Of a stretch of DNA of 64,000 nucleotides, positions 48,020 through 58,470 are shown piece after piece. The stretch is from Tolypothrix carrinoi HA7290-LM1 (lineage in GTDB: Bacteria; Cyanobacteriota; Cyanobacteriia; Cyanobacteriales; Nostocaceae). The stretch is from assembly GCA_019358935.1 (NCBI GenBank), contig JAHHIK010000024.1, forward strand, positions 15,955 to 79,954, given 5' to 3'. Made by a program: the position numbers and the translations under genes. Position 1 is the stretch's first letter. Every line of letters begins with the position of its first letter. Under the pieces are notes generated by a model. It worked only from the letters and a program-made list of their open reading frames with translations. It was not told where the DNA came from and ran no database searches.

Positions 48020-49693
48020 TTAAGTTCTCATTGCTTGAAGTAAACTATTTGCAAATATCGTCATCGTTTGCAGTTTTGCAGCTTCGTCTGCTGGAGCTTT
48101 CTTAACTTCCTCCAAAAATTCCTCCAGAGATTGAATCAATTTAACTTGTGCTTGCTTTAACCCAGTTCCTGAATCAGAAGTGGTCGCTGGTTGTGGCACA
48201 AGTGCGGGTTGCAAAGTTATTTTTTCAATAATTGGTCGCTCTATATCCGCATCACCTACAAATAATCGCACTGCTGGGTCGCCAATAACGGCATAGCTGC
48301 GAGCGTCGTTGTTGGCTGTCCATATACTAGCCACTTCCCAATCATCAGCAGCATAGCCATATTTGATATCTTCTAGCTTTGAACTTAAGTCAGAAGATAG
48401 TTCCGCATAACGTTCGTTGAAGTAATCTAAAGCTGAACCTACAGGATACCCCTCCATTAGTTGCTTCATCGTACTTTGAAAGTGTGACAACTGCGTTCCT
48501 GCTTTTTGCCAAACAAAAGAACATCCCCAAGCTCGTTCCACATGACCGACTACAGCTAACGCTCCTCCTTTAGGGTGGCTGAGTAAGCGCTGTGGTAATT
48601 TAGCAACGAAGGCATGGGGAGCAATAGCCGAGCGTTCTGTTGAGTTTGTTGGATTACCAAACTTATCCACATGAGCAAAGTCATTCCGTTGGGGGGTACC
48701 CGCCCCATAGCAAGCAAAGTGAAAGGCAATTAACCCCAACAAACGAGCATCATCGCCAATATCATCTGCCGAAAAGTAAAAATCTTCTGGAATTGGTTTT
48801 TTACCCCATATCATTGAACCAGGCCAATCCTGACATAATAATGCTCCTTGGTGGCGCAATTGTCTGCGATCGCCGTTGGGAAATTCCATCCCGTGACTGG
48901 CTGTAAATAAAAAGCTAGGTGTTTCGCTACCTCCTAGCAGTTGCCCCAAACGAGCTTTTGTAGCTTCGTCTCGAAGTATGGTATGCACCTTCCAATTAGG
49001 TTGATCGGCAGCCATCAATTCCGCTAGTGGCTTAACTAGTTCGTCTGCACTCAGTTGAGTGGCTTTGTCCATATTATTCCGCACACCAAAGAAACAGGCA
49101 TTACGAGATAGCGAAACCTTACCTGTTTCTGCTGCGACTACACTTTGAGCGTACTGAGCATACTCTTCTAAAGTATCGAAATAAATTCTGCCTACTGCAT
49201 ATTGCACATCAAGTTGATACTGAAAGCGATAGGAAATGCTTTCTGGGTCACCAACTATCAGTAGATAATAGGGCATTTTCTCTGGATCGGCAGCACCAGG
49301 ACCAACTTTATGACGACTCAGAAACTTGTTTTTCGACTCGTCGGGACGATATCCCCTGTGACCTGTATATTCCTGATAGTAATGTTCTTTATTTTGTGTT
49401 GCTTGTTGGCGACGAAATTCTAACAAAGGCTTAAGAGCTTCTCGAATTGCGGGGTCAGCATCATGAGCAAAGATAACTCCCCAGCCAGTTTCCGCCAAAT
49501 TTTTTGGGTCTACTCCTTCTTTTGGGCGAAAGCTATCTTCTCCGCTAGCTCGTCTTTCAAGTTCGCTCAGGTGTGCAGAGTCTATTTTTTCGCCCTTGGC
49601 AATTTGTACAACCTGTTTGGCTGTTAAAGGTGGCAATGAATATTCACCAGTTACCCCATTGACACCGTTAAAATACAAAAGTTCTTCATCCAT
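48020..49693 (-). CDS. Gingipain/C25-like (caspase-fold) cysteine protease
   Basis: [18 protein letters not shown] (His), FACYG (Cys), IGDPA. Confidence 0.8.
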   Translation of the reverse strand: MDEELLYFNGVNGVTGEYSLPPLTAKQVVQIAKGEKIDSAHLSELERRASGEDSFRPKEGVDPKNLAETGWGVIFAHDADPAIREALKPLLEFRRQQATQNKEHYYQEYTGHRGYRPDESKNKFLSRHKVGPGAADPEKMPYYLLIVGDPESISYRFQYQLDVQYAVGRIYFDTLEEYAQYAQSVVAAETGKVSLSRNACFFGVRNNMDKATQLSADELVKPLAELMAADQPNWKVHTILRDEATKARLGQLLGGSETPSFLFTASHGMEFPNGDRRQLRHQGALLCQDWPGSMIWGKKPIPEDFYFSADDIGDDARLLGLIAFHFACYGAGTPQRNDFAHVDKFGNPTNSTERSAIAPHAFVAKLPQRLLSHPKGGALAVVGHVERAWGCSFVWQKAGTQLSHFQSTMKQLMEGYPVGSALDYFNERYAELSSDLSSKLEDIKYGYAADDWEVASIWTANNDARSYAVIGDPAVRLFVGDADIERPIIEKITLQPALVPQPATTSDSGTGLKQAQVKLIQSLEEFLEEVKKAPADEAAKLQTMTIFANSLLQAMRT

Positions 49694-49814
49694 CGTTTTG
49701 TTTATCAGTTTGCTAACTACAATTTCAATTCATTAATTACGGAAGACTCTTGGATAACAGGGATCGGAGAAATAATCACTTAGCAAATCACTGCTGGTGT
49801 AGATTAATGTTGAT

Positions 49815-51164
49815 TTAACTGCCAATTGCTGCCTGCCAAATTGCATGGGCAACTTCCGGTTTAGCGATATCACTGTGGGCACCACCTAAACCACCACCTG
49901 TTTTGTCGTTAATAAACTCGCTACTATCCAAATTGTAGATTTTTCCAGCTTCAAATTGGTAAAAACCATTCACAGGAAGCATTTTCATATCTACAATTTC
50001 TAAACCAGGTCCACGAGCACCAAATGTTCCCAAGCCACCATACTTAGGAAATTCAAAAGAGCCATCAGCTTTGACTGGAAACGCCACTTGCTGGCGAAGA
50101 CCCGCACCAAGAGGATACATTTTACTAACCGCAGTATCGTTCTCTGACTGCGTGGTAATTATGCAACCAGCAACTTTACGGTCAGCAACAACAGACCGGA
50201 AATAGCCTGCACGACCGGGTGCAACAGGAATATCCGAGCAGTAAGACCACAGCGAAAGCGCACCTTGTATCAACGCCACAGAATTAACAGGACGAACTAA
50301 AGTGCCGCGACCATCGGGACCAGCCAAAGTTGCGGAAACCACAATGCAACCAAAGCTGTGACCCATCAAATGAAATCGCACATCATTAGATGTAGCCTGT
50401 TGAAGTTTTGTTAGTAACTGGAAGCCACCACTTTCACCAAATTGACGAGCGCGGTCTTTCATTTTCCAAAAAGACAGAGTTCGCAAAGGTGCTAACATCG
50501 AACCCCAATCCAAGTCACCGTAACTGGTAGGGTCATTTTCAGCATCTTGGAATATACTTTCAGGGTCAAACGATTCGTGGTCTGCTCCCGGTGCTGCTCC
50601 TTCTCCTTCTGCAACCAAATGAGCTTCTCGGTTTAATACCTCATAAGCTTCAAATACTTCTGGTGGTAAGGTGTCAGGTGCAACATTTTCCATTGCTGCT
50701 AGAAAAATAGTCCTCAGAGCTTGTTTAGCTGTCTGTGTATTGGCTATTCGCTCTGCATACTCCTCAACCAATTGCTCTACAGGAGAAACTTCCTGCACTA
50801 CAAATTCTTGTACTGCAAAGGATTCAGAACTATTTCCCAACTCTTCATTACCCCAAGGTAAACTGGGCCAATGCAAACCTATCAGCAATGGGCAAAATTC
50901 TGACCGCGCCCTTTGGATTTGTTCAATATCAGCCAGGTTTTTGGACATGGCTTTAACCCATTTGTTGTACTGGTTACGTGCTGCTGCAATATCGCCCAAC
51001 CATCCGTGGCTAAACAAAAAGACATCTGTGATTGGCTCATTGGATAAGACATCCAAGATTTTTTGGCTCATCTTCCCTTCTGCCTCATCGCGTTCTTTGC
51101 CAGCAGCATTAAACGCGACCAGGTAGTACTGCACGGAGGTTCCGAGTACGTTTTCAATTGACAT
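49815..51164 (-). CDS. Alpha/beta hydrolase
   Basis: SHGW, HWPS, nucleophile GHSFG, NDTAV, GAHSDI. Confidence 0.85.
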   Translation of the reverse strand: MSIENVLGTSVQYYLVAFNAAGKERDEAEGKMSQKILDVLSNEPITDVFLFSHGWLGDIAAARNQYNKWVKAMSKNLADIEQIQRARSEFCPLLIGLHWPSLPWGNEELGNSSESFAVQEFVVQEVSPVEQLVEEYAERIANTQTAKQALRTIFLAAMENVAPDTLPPEVFEAYEVLNREAHLVAEGEGAAPGADHESFDPESIFQDAENDPTSYGDLDWGSMLAPLRTLSFWKMKDRARQFGESGGFQLLTKLQQATSNDVRFHLMGHSFGCIVVSATLAGPDGRGTLVRPVNSVALIQGALSLWSYCSDIPVAPGRAGYFRSVVADRKVAGCIITTQSENDTAVSKMYPLGAGLRQQVAFPVKADGSFEFPKYGGLGTFGARGPGLEIVDMKMLPVNGFYQFEAGKIYNLDSSEFINDKTGGGLGGAHSDIAKPEVAHAIWQAAIGS

Positions 51165-51920
51165 AAGAAGGTTATGTTATAAAAACTTATCGAGGATAGA
51201 ATAACCACTCGAAAGGGAGTGTAGTGATGCAGCGACTCCAAAAAGTTGAGCCAAAAAATTTTACTTGAATATCGACATCTCCTACGCGCAGTGAGTGGCT
51301 CCATGTGTTACCTCATAAGCGTGGCATCCTATTTACTTATTATTACCACATGGTTTCTGTTCTCAATTCCGCAATTGAGGTAAAAAGCTTATAGCTTAAG
51401 TTTCGACTCGTGAGTAATGCGCCATTCTACGAAAGGGCATTTAGGTGGAATAGAAGAAATTGAGATGAGTAGAATGAATGCTTAGAGCCAATGCGGTGCC
51501 ACGGGGATTGTGAAACACTGGCTGACCAATTCCCTACTGCACGGGAGATTGCCAAGATTGTCGAGCGTTGATTTCTTACTTTTAAATTAATTATTAAACT
51601 ATATATTCAAAAACAAATTTATAATTCAATTAACCCTGACTCTTTATCGTGTTGTAAAGCTTTATGCAATTTATTGTCAACCGTATAGTCACACTTTATC
51701 ATGTAGCATTGATTATTGATTTTCAAAGAATGCCTGAAAGCTAAATATAACAAGAGTTGTCAGGCAAAATAGCATTATTTTACAATGATCTCGACGCAAT
51801 CCCTCTTGGTTAAGATATGGTAACATTGCGCGACCTACCAAGTGAACAAGTGCAACGCCTGTTCAATTGTTTAGGAGCGGTGAAAAGAGCTAGTGACTCC
51901 CATTCAGTCACTTCGGAGCA

Positions 51921-54251
51921 TCAATCAATGTCTAAGCCTTGGTCGCCTGTCTGCTTTTTATGAAGCTTTTGTACCTCGGATTCAATAAACTCTCTCTCGT
52001 CGGTTAGTATCTTGTTCCAGCCTCCCATACCTGGGTTTATTCGCCTAGCCTGGGGTAAAGCAGCAAGTATTTCTTCAGATACTGCATTGCCTTCTTCATC
52101 CCCTTTCAAACCCACTACGACATTAGGTAATTTCTCCAAAAATTCTTTGGGAATTGCTTTGACGCTATCGGCAGCTAAGTATAAAGTTGGCGTTTGATTA
52201 AAGTCAGGGTCGAGAGCCATTACTGAAAGCACTTCCACTGGATCGCTGGTAAGAACTGCTCTTTGAATTGGGGTAATGGTTGCTACCCAGAAGCAGCCCG
52301 TTGTTGTGTTCGGATCATCAGGGGCAGCTGTTTCATCGAAGCCAGGGCGAATAGAAGAGAATGTGCTATCATTCAGCACAAATGCCCCGGTCGGTTCACC
52401 GTCAAGAGTCCGCTCAATAAATACAGTTTGACCTTCATCGTCCGCATAGATCCAACCTTTGGCGTGCAAGAGTTTTACCATTTGCTCAGGCAGCAAGCGA
52501 TCGCCTACCAAATACTCTTGCACCTTATGCCAGTTGTTCTCGTTTCGGTCGGGCAGCACTGGGGCTGGGATTTCTGGTGATGCGTCGTTCGTTTGTTGTT
52601 CCGGTATTTGGGGCATCTCGTCAGACTGTGACGTAGGCATTGGCTCTGCCCTATGAAGAATTTGCTGCTTTGACTGCGATCGCCAACGGACACGCTTTGC
52701 TACATGCACTTCCTTATCTTTCAGTTGGGTGTCAGATTCTTGGGTTTGTGTTTGGTTCAGGGGTTGTCCCAATTGGTCGGGTTTCTGGCGCTGCGTGTCT
52801 GGGTTTGTTTGGGACGACGCCTGCTGATTAAACTCTAATTCTGACAATAGCCTGCTGCGTCGTTTCGCCAGCATCGATGCTTGTTCTTTTAGTGCTTCTT
52901 GATCCGGCAGCTGTTGTGCAACGCTCGTTGTTGCTCTAGCCTCGTTGGGTTGCTGTTGGTCAGTAAGTTGTTGCTGGTCAAGATTTTGGGCAGCCTGGGA
53001 TTCCCCTTTGTGTAGCTTTGTTTCACGTTGGTCGCCATCTACATCTCCGGGTCGCCGTTGCTGCCCAATAGTCGAGGCGGTTCCTATTGTCACGTCAAAA
53101 AGCTCTTGTTCACGCTTGACTTTGCTGAAATTATCGTCTATAATACTTTCCCCAGAAGCTGATGTATTGTCGTCCCCCAAGATAACCGACTGTTGTTGCT
53201 TAAGACGCGATCGCTTCTTATGCGGCGTCGTGGTTGTTTGTTGCTGCTGTTTTAGTTGCTCAAGCGATTGATTGACGAGGCTTGCGGGTTGTTGCTGGTC
53301 GCTGTCCAAGCTGTCTGGCATCGTAGGGTAAGAGTCAGGCGAGGTGGTGGTTTCGGTACGGGATTTTTTCTCTTCCTCTTCCTGACGTTTCCGAATCTGG
53401 TTTTGATGTGCGAGTTGAGCCTGTTGTTGCTGCTGTTCTTTGGCTGGGCTACGCAATGCTTGCTCGACAACTTCTTGCCTTTGTTTCTCGCTGTAACTAA
53501 CACCCCTGTATTTCTGCAATCCTTTGAAAGTGTATGCTTTCCCCAAGTGGGTGCCAGAAAAAGCGACGCCGTTTAGCTGATAGCTAATGCCCATTTCTTT
53601 TGTTGGTGTTGGCGACACCCTAACATCAATGCCTTGGTCTTTTAGCTGTTGAACCAAATCCGGCATTGTGGGACTATCTTCGGTCAGCTGGTCAATTGTA
53701 TCTTGCAGTTTCTTTCTAACGCTAGTTTCTCCGGTTCGGGAAAAGAGACGGCGTTCTCCCGTGGTTGGGGAGCGGCGGTCTTTTTCAAAGCTTGATGATG
53801 CTGGTGTTAGTTCGTACTTCTTCTCCAGATCCCTGATTAGTTCCTCAGAACGTTTGTAGTCTTGCCATTCAGAAACAGTGGAGCCACTCAGTCTCAGACG
53901 GCTGGCTACAATATGAACATGGTTATGTTCGGTATCAGTATGACGCGCCAGGATGTACTGATTGTCGTCAAATCCCATACCTTGCAAATAATTTTCTGCG
54001 ATCGCGCACCAAGTTTCATTGAAGAGTGTTTCTTCTGCTGGCACACTCAAGGTTGCATGATAGACGACTTTGCGGGTGGGCTTTTTAGTGCGCGTCCTCT
54101 CGTGACGCTGCATAGATAATTGAAATTCCTGGGATAATTCAGCTGGTGTCTCTCCTACCATATTGCCACCTATTAGCTCGGCTCCTTCTTTGCCCAGCAC
54201 GTAGTCCAGGCAGCCGTAAAAGTCAGTTCCCTTGATTTGCTTACCAATCAT
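51921..54251 (-). CDS. MOB(P)-type relaxase with long Q-rich linker and C-terminal DUF3991/Toprim-like region
   Basis: MIGKQIKG..LDYV, YHATLS, RHTDTEHNHVHIVASR; C-terminal YLVGDRLLP..GWIYAD..KGDEEG. Confidence 0.88.
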   Translation of the reverse strand: MIGKQIKGTDFYGCLDYVLGKEGAELIGGNMVGETPAELSQEFQLSMQRHERTRTKKPTRKVVYHATLSVPAEETLFNETWCAIAENYLQGMGFDDNQYILARHTDTEHNHVHIVASRLRLSGSTVSEWQDYKRSEELIRDLEKKYELTPASSSFEKDRRSPTTGERRLFSRTGETSVRKKLQDTIDQLTEDSPTMPDLVQQLKDQGIDVRVSPTPTKEMGISYQLNGVAFSGTHLGKAYTFKGLQKYRGVSYSEKQRQEVVEQALRSPAKEQQQQQAQLAHQNQIRKRQEEEEKKSRTETTTSPDSYPTMPDSLDSDQQQPASLVNQSLEQLKQQQQTTTTPHKKRSRLKQQQSVILGDDNTSASGESIIDDNFSKVKREQELFDVTIGTASTIGQQRRPGDVDGDQRETKLHKGESQAAQNLDQQQLTDQQQPNEARATTSVAQQLPDQEALKEQASMLAKRRSRLLSELEFNQQASSQTNPDTQRQKPDQLGQPLNQTQTQESDTQLKDKEVHVAKRVRWRSQSKQQILHRAEPMPTSQSDEMPQIPEQQTNDASPEIPAPVLPDRNENNWHKVQEYLVGDRLLPEQMVKLLHAKGWIYADDEGQTVFIERTLDGEPTGAFVLNDSTFSSIRPGFDETAAPDDPNTTTGCFWVATITPIQRAVLTSDPVEVLSVMALDPDFNQTPTLYLAADSVKAIPKEFLEKLPNVVVGLKGDEEGNAVSEEILAALPQARRINPGMGGWNKILTDEREFIESEVQKLHKKQTGDQGLDID

Positions 54252-54256
54252 CCTGG

Positions 54257-54679
54257 TTATCTTTTAACTATGTCTGCTATAGTGCCTGCTTTGGAGAGGG
54301 AATTGTTTGTCTGGGTCTCGATTCCCGCTATTTCTTTACGAGTCTGGATCAGCAAGGACTGGAGTTGGTGCAGTAGGTTAAGGTCTATAGGGATGTCCTG
54401 TTGACAGGACGCTATTGAATCTTGTAGCGTGGCGGTTAGTTTCTTCAGGTCAGCACCAATACGTCCTAATTCCCTGTACGTGTCGATAGAAATGTCTGTG
54501 ATGATAGGGGGAAGGTGGCGAGATAGGGCGCATCTTCGTATATATTCGCTTAGGTTGTAACCTGCTTCTTTGGATTTGGCTTTCACTTTTTGATAATCCG
54601 AAGCATTGAAGTGGACGGGAATGTTGCCACTGGTGAGAGGCGATTTGGCACTCGTGATGTGCTGTGTTTTCTTTGGCAT
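54257..54679 (-). CDS. mobC: Relaxosome protein MobC
   Basis: AGYNLSEYIRRCAL..ELGRIGADL; directly upstream of the relaxase. Confidence 0.85.
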   Translation of the reverse strand: MPKKTQHITSAKSPLTSGNIPVHFNASDYQKVKAKSKEAGYNLSEYIRRCALSRHLPPIITDISIDTYRELGRIGADLKKLTATLQDSIASCQQDIPIDLNLLHQLQSLLIQTRKEIAGIETQTNNSLSKAGTIADIVKR

Positions 54680-55087
54680 AGCTCAAGATTGAGTTTTTTT
54701 ATTTCTAGCTTTGACGCGATCGCGCTTCGCTTGCCGCTGCTGAAGAAGAAGGAGAATTTTTCGCTTCTTCTCTTGAGCGATCGCTCTTTTATGCGGGGGA
54801 AAAGCACCCGAAGCGAAGCTCGCTCTAGCCCCTAGTCTTTTTGAACGAACTCGTCGCGGAAGACTGTGGGCGATCGCTCTTACAAATAAGCGAGCAAATA
54901 TTCATAATCGAATGGTAGTGCGGTGGTCGCCATTCTTCGTAAAGGTAAATATTGATCTAGTTTCCATAAGGCGAAGTGTAAGTTTAATTTTTGGTGCTTA
55001 GTGTTAGCTTATTCCAGTTGAGTGTTCTTCATCTTCCCACTGGAGAAATAATCTCACGAAAAAATTTGTAAAAATATGATTGACGGC

Positions 55088-55142
55088 AATGCGAAACTAA
55101 GGCGTAATTAATGCGAATCTAATTAGTAAATCAGGCGTAAAT
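55088..55142. repeat. Five 11-bp direct repeats upstream of parM (parC-like centromere candidate)
   Basis: AATGCGAAACT / AAGGCGTAATT / AATGCGAATCT / AATTAGTAAAT / CAGGCGTAAAT. Confidence 0.65.
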
Positions 55143-55472
55143 AACCCTTATTTATGTTTTATAAACCTCCTAAATACGTTGAAAAGCATATAAATAAAAT
55201 ATGGCTTGCTCAAATGGAAAAACACGAATAATCTGCTCAATTAGTCTGTCTTTAGGCACAGAAATAACTTCTATCTTTTGTCTGAATTCAGAAGTAATTA
55301 AAATGAGTTAAGAAGATAAAAGAAGAACAAGCAAGCAATTTTCGGACTGGGAGAATTGTTAAGGCTAAATATTGTGTCTTTTTAAATCTTCTATTTGCCT
55401 AAAAAATGCAGAGATTCTCTAAACACAAGCTTGCAAATTGCGTCAAATGTCTTATAAAATCTGGGAAAATTC

Positions 55473-56609
55473 ATGAGTACAAATACTCAGCAGAAAAAAG
55501 TAGCACTGCTGACTCTGGCTTTGGATTTTGGAGGCTCTGCTACCAAAATCGTTTACGCCACGTCTTTAGATCAAAAAGCGCGGTTGCTGTGCATGGAACC
55601 GGAGGTAGCAGTTTTAGCTCGTGAATCTATCTTGGAGTACGAGGGGGGTAAATTAGGATCTTCAGATCCAGAGAATGTAGCTTGGGTAGCGGTAGGTGAG
55701 CAATATAGAGCCGTAGGGTATCTGGCTCAATCTCGCTTTTATGCCAATGCGGGTTTATCGGAATTAAAGTACGAGCGAGCTATCTACAAAACCCTAGCAG
55801 CGATTTGGGTAATTAAAGAGAAGCTTCAGCTGAGTTCGCGGTTAGGAGTAGCGATCGCAGTTTTATTGCCCCCCGGAGAATACGAAGATAGAGATCGCTT
55901 TGAAAAGATGCTGCGTTCGTCGCTGGCTGGATATCAGACTCCCACAGGACGGATGAGTGTGTCGCTAAAAGCCTTCAACTGCAAGCCAGAAGGGGGTGGA
56001 ATTTATCTGGTGCATCGCAAGAAAGTCGGAGAAGTTCTCAAAACTAGGGTTTGTGCCATAGCGATGATTGGCTATCGCAATGCTAGTGTTCTAGTTTCCC
56101 ATCGCGGGGTCATAGGTGAGGGGAAAACTTCTGACCTGGGCTTTATTCGGATGCTAGAGAAAGTGATGAGCAAGACTTCCGGGCTAAACCCCAAGCGTCT
56201 GACCCCAGCAATTGTGGAAGCAGGTGACGAGGTTAGATCAGCAGCGTTGTTGCGTTTACCCAGAAGCACGACCAGAGAGTTACGAGCAGCCGATGTTCAA
56301 CAAATTGTGGCTGCTATTAAATCAGCTCGTCCTGAATACGCCAAAATCCTCATCAGTTGGTTAGATGAAACCCTCCCCTTAGATGTGGAAGAAATTGTTT
56401 TTTGCGGGGGTACAGCCGATTACTTAAGAAAGGAACTTAACGAACATTACGACAGGATTCCTTTATTTTGGAATGCTGAATTGGTTATTCCCAAAGCCCT
56501 AGACACTTTTGGGTTGGGGAATCGATTGGCTGATGTGTATGGAATGTTTTTGTATTTCTCTAATTTAGTTAACACATTGCCCGATAGAGATGAAGAGGGA
56601 GCGGCATAA
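55473..56609 (+). CDS. parM: ParM/StbA actin-like ATPase
   Basis: LDFGGSATK, PEGGG, MIGYRN, CGGTA. Confidence 0.88.
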   Translation: MSTNTQQKKVALLTLALDFGGSATKIVYATSLDQKARLLCMEPEVAVLARESILEYEGGKLGSSDPENVAWVAVGEQYRAVGYLAQSRFYANAGLSELKYERAIYKTLAAIWVIKEKLQLSSRLGVAIAVLLPPGEYEDRDRFEKMLRSSLAGYQTPTGRMSVSLKAFNCKPEGGGIYLVHRKKVGEVLKTRVCAIAMIGYRNASVLVSHRGVIGEGKTSDLGFIRMLEKVMSKTSGLNPKRLTPAIVEAGDEVRSAALLRLPRSTTRELRAADVQQIVAAIKSARPEYAKILISWLDETLPLDVEEIVFCGGTADYLRKELNEHYDRIPLFWNAELVIPKALDTFGLGNRLADVYGMFLYFSNLVNTLPDRDEEGAA

Positions 56610-56622
56610 AAGGTAAAAAATT

Positions 56623-57096
56623 ATGGCTGAAAGAATAAAGCAGGCGCATTTTTGTTGGCGGTATCAGCCAGAATCCCACACTTTGGATGCAGTGTTGTTG
56701 GCTTATCTCAAAAACAATGTGGTGATGCGAACAACCGATATGATGTTGCATTCTTTGCGGGCGTTTTGGTTGCCACTGGCTTGTTTAAAGCATCCCGATT
56801 TATCTGAAACAGACAAAAAACAGATGGCAAGAGATGCAGTGTATGCCCTGATGCGACAGGCGGATTATCTTTGCTCAACTTTTGGTTTGGAGCGGGTTAC
56901 TCCTCCTAATTCTTTAGTTTCCCCAAGTTCGATATCGCCAGTTTTTAGAAGTACAAATTCGGGACAAGGAGCCGAATCTTCTTCTTTGCCTTCAAAGAAG
57001 TTGAAAGAGGAAACAAGGGAGAATTCGTTATTGGTGTCGGAGCTAGAACGAGCCACTGGCGATGGTGATTGGGATGACAACGGTTGGAAAACTTAA
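56623..57096 (+). CDS. ParR-like adaptor candidate
   Basis: Small gene directly after parM with an acidic C-terminal tail. Confidence 0.6.
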   Translation: MAERIKQAHFCWRYQPESHTLDAVLLAYLKNNVVMRTTDMMLHSLRAFWLPLACLKHPDLSETDKKQMARDAVYALMRQADYLCSTFGLERVTPPNSLVSPSSISPVFRSTNSGQGAESSSLPSKKLKEETRENSLLVSELERATGDGDWDDNGWKT

Positions 57097-57110
57097 GGAG
57101 AAAGAATAAT

Positions 57111-58208
57111 ATGGCTTTAAGAGGAAGAAAGAAGAAAGAGGCGATTTTTGAAGAAATAGGAAATATTGAGGTTGAAGAGCATACTTTGGACAATACTTCA
57201 ACCCCAGGTGCACAACTTGAAGCTGAAAATTTGGACAATACTTCAACTCAAGATGCACAACTTGAAGCTGAAAATTTGGACAATACTTCAACTCAAGATG
57301 CAGAAATTGAAAAGCATACTTTGAACAATACTTCAACTCAAGATGCACAACTTGAAGCTGAAAATTTGGACAATACTTCAACTCAAGATGCAGAAATTGA
57401 AAAGCATACTTTGAACAATACTTCAACTCAAGATGCACAACTTGAAGCTGAAAATTTGGACAATACTTCAACTCAAGAAAAACAGGATGTTGGACAGAAA
57501 CCCCTACAAGCAAAGCAGAGGACAATAATTCATTTGGTGGATGGCGAGAAGGGGGGTGTAGGCAAATCTCTGGTTGCTCGAACCATGCTGCAATATTGTT
57601 TGGATAATTCACTGCCAATTGTTGCAGTGGAAGCTGACCGTTCCAATCCAGATGTGGCTGGGATTTACTCAGATTGCTTTGAAGCTGTATTTAGTGAGGA
57701 TGAAAAGAGAGCTGACAAAGCGGATAAAATTTTTGAGTTGGCTATGTCTAAGTCCGTGATTGTAAACTTACCTGCTCAGGTATATGAACCGGTGTCTGAT
57801 TGGATAAACAAGAATGGACTGATTGAATTAGGAAAGCAGCACTCTCTGAGTTTCTGCAAGTGGTTTGTCTGCACCGGTGGTTATGACAGTGTGCAGTTGT
57901 TTTTGAAGTCCGTGAAGGATTTTGGTGACAAAATGCCCCATGTTTTGGTGCGGAATTTGGGATTATGTGACGATTGGTCTCATGTCGAGGGGATGGAGGA
58001 AGTGAACAATACTATTAATAAGTATTCGGTGCAGGTAATTGACTTCCCCAAATTTAGCTACCGGGAAAGGAATATGGTAGACGAGAAGCGCATAACCTTT
58101 GCCCAAGCGCGGGATTCTGATGAATTTGGGATTGTGTCGAAACAGCGAATTCATAATTTTCTCAAGTCCGCTTATGCACAGTTTAAAAATACGGGTTTGC
58201 TACCTTAA
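57111..58208 (+). CDS. MobD/ParA-like P-loop protein with N-terminal 15-aa repeats
   Basis: DGEKGGVGKS, EADRSNPDV, VNLPA; AAGGAG upstream of 57111. Confidence 0.78.
   Translation: MALRGRKKKEAIFEEIGNIEVEEHTLDNTSTPGAQLEAENLDNTSTQDAQLEAENLDNTSTQDAEIEKHTLNNTSTQDAQLEAENLDNTSTQDAEIEKHTLNNTSTQDAQLEAENLDNTSTQEKQDVGQKPLQAKQRTIIHLVDGEKGGVGKSLVARTMLQYCLDNSLPIVAVEADRSNPDVAGIYSDCFEAVFSEDEKRADKADKIFELAMSKSVIVNLPAQVYEPVSDWINKNGLIELGKQHSLSFCKWFVCTGGYDSVQLFLKSVKDFGDKMPHVLVRNLGLCDDWSHVEGMEEVNNTINKYSVQVIDFPKFSYRERNMVDEKRITFAQARDSDEFGIVSKQRIHNFLKSAYAQFKNTGLLP
57186..57477 (+). repeat. Coding tandem repeat, 45-bp unit, about 6.5 copies
   Basis: Units start at 57186, 57231, 57276, 57321, 57366, 57411 and 57456, encoding LDNTSTQDAQLEAEN or LDNTSTQDAEIEKHT. 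Confidence 0.92.
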
Positions 58209-58470
58209 CAAGTAAAAAGTAGTCGTAGAATCCCCATAATTAAAACGCGTAGCGCCGTTCGCTGTGCGTGGCGGTCTGGGGATTTTACGCTCACCTTTTC
58301 CTTTGGTCGCTATGCGCCTCGAAAAAAATCTTTATATTTCTTACCAGAGATTAATTTTCGGCTCCCAGACCAATTCTCTCTTTTGCCTTTTAAATGCATG
58401 ACTTTTGACTTGGAGCGAACGCGAGTGCGTCTCCGTTCGCGCAGCGTCCCGAAGGGAAGGAGAACCGACT

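Noticed and set aside
57186..57477. CRISPR array
   Set aside because: Contiguous in-frame 45-bp coding repeats with no unique spacers.
58225..58290. Long inverted repeat CGTAGAATCCCCA...TGGGGATTTTACG
   Set aside because: A real hairpin, but I cannot tell whether it is a terminator, IS remnant or oriT, so it is left uncalled.
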